Positions 27,675-35,417 of a stretch of DNA of 64,000 nt are shown here, piece after piece. Both the position numbers and the translations under genes were made by a program. Source of the stretch: a virus. The stretch is taken from positions 133,959 through 197,958 of IMG/VR virus record IMGVR_UViG_3300031603_000001. The stretch is one strand, 5' to 3'. The notes beneath the pieces are model-generated. The model ran no database searches and had not been told where the DNA came from. It saw nothing but the letters and a program-made list of their open reading frames with translations. How positions within the stretch are numbered: position 1 is the first letter of the stretch; each line of letters begins with the position of its first letter.

Positions 27675-28064
27675 TTAAAAGCTGTATTTATCCATCCAAC
27701 CGTCGATGACGTCTTTGGCCTCTCTGAGACCGATGTCTTTCTCAGCACGGTACAGTTTGATGGCTGGAATCTTTTTACCAGCGCGGAGCAGAATCATGTA
27801 GCGCCAGTCCTGTACATCCTCGCCAAGGTAAGTAAGCATAACCCCCGGCTTGGTGATGATCCACTCGGCCAGGAGGGCCTTGCGTTCATTATAAGTCATA
27901 CCAAGTACTATGGCTATGGGATGACGGTCACCATTGAGGGTATTTCCCATTTTACGACCGTGACGCTGAGTTATATGCGCCAGCAGATCGTCTATTGCGA
28001 AGCTATCAAACTTCATTAGCTCAACCATCATATTGATGATTGCAGCTTGTACTGCAGGGTCCAT
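27675..28064 (-). CDS. protein with C-terminal ribosomal L7/L12-CTD-like domain
   Basis: GKKIPAIKLYRAEKDIGLREAKDVID matches the L7/L12 KI.AIK..R...GLGLKEAK..VD helix pair. Confidence 0.65.
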   Translation of the reverse strand: MDPAVQAAIINMMVELMKFDSFAIDDLLAHITQRHGRKMGNTLNGDRHPIAIVLGMTYNERKALLAEWIITKPGVMLTYLGEDVQDWRYMILLRAGKKIPAIKLYRAEKDIGLREAKDVIDGWMDKYSF

Positions 28065-28232
28065 ATCGCCTCCTTAGGCTGGTTGTTTATAATCTATTAT
28101 TGTAATAACATTTAAAAACGTGTTACAACAATAAATATAAGTAATGCTTCTCTTGGCTTTTAAACCATCTTTTGCAGGTTATTTAGGTTGTTATCCATAC
28201 GAACTGGTTATCTCCCTTTTTTACCGCACTAC

Positions 28233-28733
28233 TCATATTCTTGTCATTACCATTAACGCTGTTGGTCTATTGAGCTCCAATATAACCTCGCCCATGGTAA
28301 CGTCAAGGCCTTCAGCTATTCTTTGTACATTATCATCACGATCAAACATAGTGTTCCAGTACCCGCCACCGCAGTTTATGGACTTGAGTAGTAAGGCCTT
28401 CTTGCAGTCCATAGGAAGTATGTGATAGTAGGGAGGTAGCGCCTTCTCACGCTCGTCGTGGCTGTCGAACACACAGTCAGCAATCCTCAATACTATATGT
28501 CCTGCAGCTCCAAGGAATGCACTGTCACCGTCAAAGTATCTAGTATTACGATTGTAGCTCTCATCGTACTCACTATGCCCATAGGCATAGATTACCTCAG
28601 CCTGTTCATAAAGATCAGGTGCGTACTTCTCCATCCACTTAAGCATAGCATAAGCAGAGATACCACATCCTCCATAATTAAGGCAGGGTATGGATTGTAA
28701 AACATCTAGCATATCATCAAATGACTGTGCCAT
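28233..28733 (-). CDS. hypothetical protein
   Basis: 166 aa, NYGGCGISAYAM...GHIVL. Confidence 0.7.
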   Translation of the reverse strand: MAQSFDDMLDVLQSIPCLNYGGCGISAYAMLKWMEKYAPDLYEQAEVIYAYGHSEYDESYNRNTRYFDGDSAFLGAAGHIVLRIADCVFDSHDEREKALPPYYHILPMDCKKALLLKSINCGGGYWNTMFDRDDNVQRIAEGLDVTMGEVILELNRPTALMVMTRI

Positions 28734-28837
28734 AATGCTCTCCCAGTTGTGTATTGTGATTGACTAAAGGGTTGGCCCCAGTGGGATAACCAGGGCCGAT
28801 CTCAGTACCAGGAAGGAACAAGGTACCGGTTAATGAG

Positions 28838-28912
28838 TGGATCCTCTTGGATTTGAACCAAGGACTAACGGATTATGAGTCCGCTGCTCTAACCAGACTG
28901 AGCTAAGGATCC
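28838..28912 (-). tRNA. tRNA with CAT anticodon, most like Ile2 (lysidine) rather than Met
   Basis: GGATCCTTAGCTCAGTCTGGTTAGAGCAGCGGACTCATAATCCG...GGTTCAAATCC; resembles the bacterial ileX pattern. Confidence 0.85.
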
Positions 28913-29000
28913 AGTAAATGGTATGTCTTACTCGGCGCATACCTTGCAACCATCACGGTACCGACTGATAACCTGAAGTATCAGCTCCCCTTGAAACAGT

Positions 29001-29546
29001 TTATAGGGCTGCGATCTCCTTTATAGTAGCAGGACCACAACCTTTAGCACCTTTGAGCTCTTCGATGCGGGCTTTAGCTTCTTGTACAGTAACTATCTCC
29101 CATGCATCCAAGACGTTACGAGCACGAGTACTCAGAGTGACATCATCAATGGAGGTAAGTGTGGTGGTTTTAACTACTGGTACAGCAACCTTCTTTGCTT
29201 TACGTACAACAGGCTCAGTTGAATGAGGAATAAATTTACCAGCCTTGACGTCAGCAATGCGTTGGTTCTGCTTGTCAGAGCGGAAGTAGGTACGACCAGC
29301 ATGCTGATAGATACGTTTCACAGTATCATGATCAACACCCTTACCCAGGATAAGGTCACGAGCTTGTATAGCGTTAACGAAGATTGGGTCACCACTCAGT
29401 AGGATAGCAGTGAGTTCAGCACGAATGCTGTCAGTTTCCTTGCCAAAGGTTTCACTCTTAATGATCTTAGCAAGGGTAAGGGCGGGGGTTTGAGAAGCCC
29501 TGGCTTGTGCTGCTTTTGCCTTTACGGCTGTTTTGAATTTGGACAA
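29001..29546 (-). CDS. protein with C-terminal RNA polymerase alpha-CTD-like (HhH) domain
   Basis: IDDVTLSTRARNVLDAWEIVTVQE...KGCGPATIKEI aligns with alpha-CTD IEDLELSVRSANCL..ENI.TIGDL...NLGKKSLTEI; TTG start with AAGGAGG. Confidence 0.7.
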   Translation of the reverse strand: MSKFKTAVKAKAAQARASQTPALTLAKIIKSETFGKETDSIRAELTAILLSGDPIFVNAIQARDLILGKGVDHDTVKRIYQHAGRTYFRSDKQNQRIADVKAGKFIPHSTEPVVRKAKKVAVPVVKTTTLTSIDDVTLSTRARNVLDAWEIVTVQEAKARIEELKGAKGCGPATIKEIAAL

Positions 29547-29797
29547 TTTAATGCCTCCTTTTGTTTAGTTAGTACCACATCAGCTTCCGATTCACCGGAC
29601 ATGTAGCTGCATAGCACATGAGCCACGCTTCCGGTCGGAACCCGTAACTCATAAACTGAGAACCCGACGGAGGAGGGCCGACGGAGGAGGTTCTGCCCGT
29701 TCGTGGGCTGGTGCTTCCATCATTGCAGGAAGCTACGGTGTACACATACACACTGCGGACCCTATTTATATACCACCGGGCCCTAGGTGGGTACACA

Positions 29798-30391
29798 TTA
29801 CTCTGTTACTATACTAGCTAAAGCGTCAGCTCTGTCATTACCTGGGTTACCAGAATGACCATTGATGTGCTTGTACGCTACGATGTACGCCTTGTTCTTA
29901 CTCATCAACTCTATATAAGCTTTGATGTGTATCTTAGCCAAGCCAACAGCGTTGACCTTCCACTCACCTAGTGGCCATTTGGCTACACCAACGTAATCAT
30001 GTACAATCACAACTGGTGTATCATTTTTCTTGGCCCACTGCATAGCATACATAGCGCCTGCCAACTCAGCGCCTATATTGTTACTCTCAATGAACGGGGT
30101 TGTGCCGCTATCAAAGGCTATCTCTTCCCCGTTCTTCCATATAGAGAATGCCCATCCTGCTTTGTTATTTCTGAAGCTACCATCAGTGTATGCCAGTACT
30201 TCAGTTGGTTTAGTTTCAACTACGAATGCCATCTCACTCTGATCAAGCCAGGCTTGTGCATCTGCTGTACTCTTGAAGCCCTTAAAATCATTGGCAACAC
30301 CAGTGACTAGAGCATCACATTCAGCCCATGTAGCTACGATGACGTTTGTTTTACGTCCTTGTTTAACTGCATAACAATTATATTTAGCCAT
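29798..30391 (-). CDS. rnhA: ribonuclease HI with N-terminal hybrid-binding (Cauli_VI) domain
   Basis: YAVKQGRK...TWAECDALVTG...FKGFKS; YTDGS, GAELAG, HDYVGV, GHSGNPGNDRADALA. Confidence 0.95.
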   Translation of the reverse strand: MAKYNCYAVKQGRKTNVIVATWAECDALVTGVANDFKGFKSTADAQAWLDQSEMAFVVETKPTEVLAYTDGSFRNNKAGWAFSIWKNGEEIAFDSGTTPFIESNNIGAELAGAMYAMQWAKKNDTPVVIVHDYVGVAKWPLGEWKVNAVGLAKIHIKAYIELMSKNKAYIVAYKHINGHSGNPGNDRADALASIVTE

Positions 30392-30408
30392 TCTATTTCC
30401 TTACTAAC

Positions 30409-30434
30409 ACAGGCCCCACCGAAGCAGGACCTGT
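30409..30434 (-). terminator. cUUCGg-capped hairpin after the RNA polymerase gene
   Basis: ACAGGTCCTGC-TTCG-GTGGGGCCTGT, 11-bp stem; weak U-tract. Confidence 0.5.
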
Positions 30435-30450
30435 ATCTGTTGATGTACGT

Positions 30451-33400
30451 TTATTTGAAGTACTTCTCATCTTCAAATGTGCCATGAACTGCCTGGTTAC
30501 TCTTGACACTGAAGTCAGCATATGGATCTACTGATTCACGTGGCTTAGCAGTACGTAGCTTATTAACACGTTTAGCATCCATACCATCGCCTATCAACAT
30601 CCATGCTGATTGAGTATGAGCCATACCATCTGGTTCCCACTCAAGAGCAGGAAGAGAGATAATGATCTCTTCACTTGGACGAACAGCACTATATTCTGTA
30701 CCGTACTCCAGTGAAGCACCACGTAAGTATGGAACACCATCTTCAATCGTGATTGACTCAGGATCCAGGATAGGTTCATTGTTTGGATTGTACACACGTA
30801 CTAGGCGTGACTTAGTATCAGGCATGAAGGTCATTGGACCGCCAGTCATCTCTACCAAGCTACCATAGTTCAAGTGTACGATGTATCCACCGTCTGTTAA
30901 CAGTGGGTTAGCAGCATCAAGATACCGTTTAGTCTCTACTAGCCTAGCAGCTACTGGAATGCACTGACCAGCACCCTGTACCATCTCTACTACAGCAGAC
31001 ATATGATCTGACGTTAGCCCACCAGGACGTAGTTCAGACCACAGGTTCTTGATTGATGCAAGCTCAGCTGTATTGACACCATCTACTTCTTCATCGGAAT
31101 GTATCATCCGTCCAGCGAAGACTGCAAGTGGTTCAACACCATCTCTAAGAGCTATGACCTCTTCTTCAACACGTATAAGTACGGTGTTCCAGATGAAGTC
31201 CATGTAATGTAATGGGTCTTCGATCTGTGTGGCTAAGATATCTTCCACATCACCACCGGTATTGAAGTCAGTCATTAACGCATTAACATCAGCACGTGCC
31301 CATGGCATTTCTACCATTTCACGTAGGCTCTGAGCAGTTAAATGCGCTTTCTCTAGCTCTATATAGATCTGAGCTTCGTTCTTCTTGAGACGTACTTCCG
31401 TGCGAAACTTAGCACCCTTAATAGTCAACTCAATTGACTGTAATATAGGCGTTAGGTTAAGATACGGTTTCTCATCAGTACCGTCAGCGAGAACCTTGTT
31501 ATAGATAAGTCCACGATAATACATATTAGTGTACTTACCAATTGATGCACTACCACTGAATACTGTGATAGCCTGTATTGCCATACTCTCCATTGTGGCA
31601 GAGCTTCTACGTCTCTCTAGTCCATCTTTATCGATGTTCAGTCCGACTAGTTCATCGATTAAGCCGGTCCTAATGAGCTTGTCAGCAATGGGTCCACGTA
31701 TAGTCAGTCCACCATCACCATCACTATCTGTGTTTAACTCACCAGCTAGTCCTGCTTCAAGTACAACGAATGGTCCTATGTTAGTACGACCAACCACTTG
31801 TGCAACACCAGCAACGATGGGATATTTACAGAACAACTTGTCACCACGTACACCGGCAACAGGCTTACGAAGAGCGTTGATCTTCTTTGCATGCTCTTCT
31901 GTAACTGTGATAACCAAGCGATACTCAGTGCCATTGAATGGTCTGTGCATCACATAGTTTACTACAACACCTGCTAGTTTCTTAGCTACCCAAGGAAAGG
32001 TCTTACCAAGAGCTAACAGTGCTTCTTGAAGCTTAGAGTTAAGCTCAAGTACTTCGTAGTCTGGATCATCGTTACGAAATGCTTGCATCCTACGACCAGA
32101 CTCAGCCGATACGATCATTTCTTCGTAACTTGGTAGCTTACCACGTAGTATCTCGTCTTCAACAAGATCACGTACGATTGGATCATCTTGCATGAACTGC
32201 CAGAATTCAAAGCCTAGTCCAACAGCTTGACCCTTAACATTCCATATGTTATCATGGGTGATGATCATCCCATTTTCTTTACCATGACGTCCTAGGTACT
32301 CACCAGGGGCAACAGGGTGTACTTTGACATCATTCTCACAGATGACTAGGTCATAGGCTTCCCACTCTAATGGAAAGTCTAATTGCATAGCATTGCGAGC
32401 ATGTGCGTATCCAACCATAACTCCCTTACCTACTGAGTTACCATTGATCCGTACTCTGAACTGACCACTGTTGTGACCACCAAGAGCGGCACCATCGCCA
32501 GGAAGACCGACTGCTCGGAACTTTGCTTCAGATACTACCAGTACCCTTGTGTTGTTGTACACGAAGTACCTACCGTCTTTGCTACCGGCGGGTGTGAACA
32601 GCAAGGACAAGTAACCTATAGCTTCGTGAGCAAACGCTAAGTCACCTTCTGGCCAATTACAAGCGTAGAATGTACCCTTGTTTAGACCAGTGCCGCCCAT
32701 ATATTGAAAGCCCTCATCAAGACTGAGCTTTAACATATAGGATTGAAACTTCTGTTGGAAGGGTTTATTCTTCAACAGTTGTTTAGCTAATCTCTTATCA
32801 CTCACCTTGATGGTGTAAGAGACAGCATCCTTAATACCGAACAAGGCACCAAGACAGATACGTATTGCTACATTCCCTGCCTTCATGTCAGTGTTTGGTA
32901 CTGGTTTGTGGATCTTGAAATCAAGCACAGACTTCATACCATCACGAGTTCTTTTCATCACTGTGATAGGTATGAGCATGTGTGTAATCTCTGTTGACCG
33001 TTCATCACCCTTGGCAACCAGTTCGTCTAAGAACGCTTGGTTGTTACTGGTGTTAAAGATTGCGCTGATTATATCAGTTAGTGAACGCATCTTTTCCTTC
33101 CTCTCCTTGTCCGTGGCTATTACTAGAACAGCAACACTGGCAAGGCTTGTGGTCATCCTGAGCTGACCTGTTGATAGGGCAATGCCCATTACCAATATGG
33201 ACAAGGCGATTATGCCACCTCGTCTTGTACCCAGCATCCGTTGTCCTACGAATCCCAGGGCTTTCTTGGCCGTACTTATTACTAAGCGGGACCAGGCTAG
33301 TGATACTCTTACTATGTAACTAGCATAAAGTACCGCGATTATGGCCATCACTGCTGATTTAATAGCAGTATTGACCGATTTAATGAATAAGGATGTTAAC

Positions 33401-33591
33401 ACTGTCCCTATCACTGTTTCTGTTCTATCTGTACGAGCATAGAACTTGGTTAAGCCCTTGCGTCCTTTGATCAGGATGTAAGAACTAGAGAGCCCAAAGC
33501 GGTCTCTCATGGTTGGTGTGATAGCAGCCGATGCTACGATCACAGTTCCTGCTATAAGCAAGAACGCGACAAACAAAACGATTGAATACAT
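30451..33591 (-). CDS. YonO/QDE-1-like single-subunit two-barrel RNA polymerase (core likely starts at 33090; in-frame hydrophobic N-terminal extension)
   Basis: ordered motifs PGDG...GQFR...GKGVMV...DLVICENDVK, FCKYP, LNTDSDGD (31714-31728), IGKYTN, ELTIKGAK; core 879 aa. Confidence 0.75.
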   Translation of the reverse strand: MYSIVLFVAFLLIAGTVIVASAAITPTMRDRFGLSSSYILIKGRKGLTKFYARTDRTETVIGTVLTSLFIKSVNTAIKSAVMAIIAVLYASYIVRVSLAWSRLVISTAKKALGFVGQRMLGTRRGGIIALSILVMGIALSTGQLRMTTSLASVAVLVIATDKERKEKMRSLTDIISAIFNTSNNQAFLDELVAKGDERSTEITHMLIPITVMKRTRDGMKSVLDFKIHKPVPNTDMKAGNVAIRICLGALFGIKDAVSYTIKVSDKRLAKQLLKNKPFQQKFQSYMLKLSLDEGFQYMGGTGLNKGTFYACNWPEGDLAFAHEAIGYLSLLFTPAGSKDGRYFVYNNTRVLVVSEAKFRAVGLPGDGAALGGHNSGQFRVRINGNSVGKGVMVGYAHARNAMQLDFPLEWEAYDLVICENDVKVHPVAPGEYLGRHGKENGMIITHDNIWNVKGQAVGLGFEFWQFMQDDPIVRDLVEDEILRGKLPSYEEMIVSAESGRRMQAFRNDDPDYEVLELNSKLQEALLALGKTFPWVAKKLAGVVVNYVMHRPFNGTEYRLVITVTEEHAKKINALRKPVAGVRGDKLFCKYPIVAGVAQVVGRTNIGPFVVLEAGLAGELNTDSDGDGGLTIRGPIADKLIRTGLIDELVGLNIDKDGLERRRSSATMESMAIQAITVFSGSASIGKYTNMYYRGLIYNKVLADGTDEKPYLNLTPILQSIELTIKGAKFRTEVRLKKNEAQIYIELEKAHLTAQSLREMVEMPWARADVNALMTDFNTGGDVEDILATQIEDPLHYMDFIWNTVLIRVEEEVIALRDGVEPLAVFAGRMIHSDEEVDGVNTAELASIKNLWSELRPGGLTSDHMSAVVEMVQGAGQCIPVAARLVETKRYLDAANPLLTDGGYIVHLNYGSLVEMTGGPMTFMPDTKSRLVRVYNPNNEPILDPESITIEDGVPYLRGASLEYGTEYSAVRPSEEIIISLPALEWEPDGMAHTQSAWMLIGDGMDAKRVNKLRTAKPRESVDPYADFSVKSNQAVHGTFEDEKYFK

Positions 33592-33676
33592 TTAAGTATC
33601 CTTTCATTTTTTGATACATCTATCCCGTGACTGACCCACGTTATTCAGTCAAGATGTATCTATTATGTGGGTTTTG

Positions 33677-33721
33677 TAGGGCGTAGGGGAATCGAACCCC
33701 ATTGAATCTACCACACGCCCT
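33677..33721 (-). ncRNA. 45-nt mini-tRNA: acceptor + D-loop-like linker + T-arm, no anticodon arm
   Basis: AGGGCGT-GTGGTAGATTCAA-TGGGG-TTCGATT-CCCCT-ACGCCCT-A-CAA. Confidence 0.7.
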
Positions 33722-33735
33722 TCCTTACTTACTAG

Positions 33736-34146
33736 TTATGCACTAGCATCACTCAGCAGCTGATTGTATTGCAGCCAGTTGCGGTCTGCTCTTTCACTAA
33801 CTTCAAGGTAGAAGTCAGAGAGCTTTGTCTTCTCACTCACCAGCTCCCCGTTCTTCCATGTAGAGCGTATCCTAGCATGGGCTGATACTGCTATAGGCAG
33901 CTCAGGGTGTTTCTTTGATAGGGCACAAGCAAGTTTGTCAGCGTTAGCTTCTACAAACCATTGTACCTTATTGCCCCATCCTACCATTGCATTCACATTC
34001 CAAGTCGTATGGTCTCTGTCTAATGCGTACCCGGTCTCAGGTTCACGGTCAGGGATACTCATATGATCAGTGAAATCAAGCGCTTCGAACGCCTCTTTGT
34101 TAAGACGGTTAGCCTTCACTGTGTAATGCTCTTCTTGGGTACTCAT
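33736..34146 (-). CDS. hypothetical protein
   Basis: 136-aa ORF. Confidence 0.7.
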   Translation of the reverse strand: MSTQEEHYTVKANRLNKEAFEALDFTDHMSIPDREPETGYALDRDHTTWNVNAMVGWGNKVQWFVEANADKLACALSKKHPELPIAVSAHARIRSTWKNGELVSEKTKLSDFYLEVSERADRNWLQYNQLLSDASA

Positions 34147-34280
34147 CTCTTACCTTCTTTCTTTGTGTTATTAGTTCTTTTCCACTCACGTATCTCACGC
34201 CCGAGCTTAGCCTGTATGGCACGTTCCTTGGGTGTCATCTCCTGCCCACCCCAGCTGATGTTGGCCTTGATATTACGCAT
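34143..34280 (-). CDS. 45-aa basic peptide
   Basis: coupled at both ends (TGATG and ATGA). Confidence 0.5.
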   Translation of the reverse strand: MRNIKANISWGGQEMTPKERAIQAKLGREIREWKRTNNTKKEGKR

Positions 34281-34915
34281 CACTCTACGTCCTTGTTAAC
34301 ACCGATGTTACCTACGCTACCACCTACTAGTACATTGCAGCGTGCTACCTCATCCAGCTGTGCCTGTGTTGCTAGCTCACGTACTATGGGTGAGTGGTCT
34401 ATGTTGTACGCATCCATGTCCGCCTGTATCTTACGCTCACGTAGTACACTGATGCCCATGCCTAGTACACATACCAATGAGAGCACACTCACCAATGTTC
34501 TACTGTATGGTGTACCTGCCTTCACTACAGTCACCTCGGTGCGTACACGTGTTGTGTCCATGTCCATGTAGCAATCACGTATATAGCTATACATATCACT
34601 ACTATCAGCCAAGACGATGGTATGCGCACTCACATGTATATTACAGTTATCACATACAGCTGTGTCTACGTATCTACCTAGCAGTGGGTGCCATGATGAT
34701 ACCATATGTGTGTTGGTCAACCTAGCCCTACGTATATCAGTAGCATCGTAATGCTTGTGGTACTGCCCATGTCCTAGCATGAAGAAGGTTAGAATTATGA
34801 TTGAATACATTAACGTGTTCCATACCCAGTATGATGGGCTATACTCCTCATACTTTACAGTCATAGGCACACATACTACTACCGCTACTACGGCTAAAAC
34901 GATTAACAGAGTCAT
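34280..34915 (-). CDS. membrane protein, first gene of the leftward arm
   Basis: three TM segments; ATG 34915 after GAGAGGAG. Confidence 0.7.
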   Translation of the reverse strand: MTLLIVLAVVAVVVCVPMTVKYEEYSPSYWVWNTLMYSIIILTFFMLGHGQYHKHYDATDIRRARLTNTHMVSSWHPLLGRYVDTAVCDNCNIHVSAHTIVLADSSDMYSYIRDCYMDMDTTRVRTEVTVVKAGTPYSRTLVSVLSLVCVLGMGISVLRERKIQADMDAYNIDHSPIVRELATQAQLDEVARCNVLVGGSVGNIGVNKDVE

Positions 34916-35167
34916 GATGACTCCTCTCAATCTTTACCTACTTACAAGTAAGAGTCCCTATGGTGTAGGTCTGACCATAGAACTCCGCGATTATTTTAAA
35001 GACCGGGGCCCTCGAAACAAAAGTTATGTATACTATATATACATACTACCCATTAACGTACAGAATATAAAATCCCATATATGCATACGATACTTGCTCT
35101 TTCGCAACTAATCTTGGATATCCGATCCTAAATATATAATATTATTATTAATCTTAGGTTTATATAG

Positions 35168-35356
35168 GTGTTTCGAGCAGGAATCAAAGTCACAGCCATG
35201 CACGACCCTGCGGTTACATTACCACCAGAAGCCGACTATGAGGACACTGCCTGCGACATCGACCATATCTTGCCTTATAAATTCGGGGGAACTACGACAG
35301 AAGAAAATCTCCAGGTTACTTGTAGAAAGTGTAACGCAGAAAAGGGTATCAGTTAA
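35168..35356 (+). pseudogene. HNH endonuclease fragment
   Basis: DIDHILPYKFGGTTTEENLQVTCRKCNAEKG; N-terminal CxxC missing, in-frame TAG immediately upstream. Confidence 0.65.
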
Positions 35357-35417
35357 TCCGCCTTGTACAGTTGAGAAAGCGTACTGGCTAATTCGTAATA
35401 TATAGGGATTAGCCCCT

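Noticed and set aside
28760-28837. Theta/HDV-like ribozyme in the tRNA-Ile2 trailer (GGTACC/GGTACT with first-position G.U)
   Set aside because: Only 12 nt between the P1 strands, too few for P2, P3 and L3, and no P3 pairing
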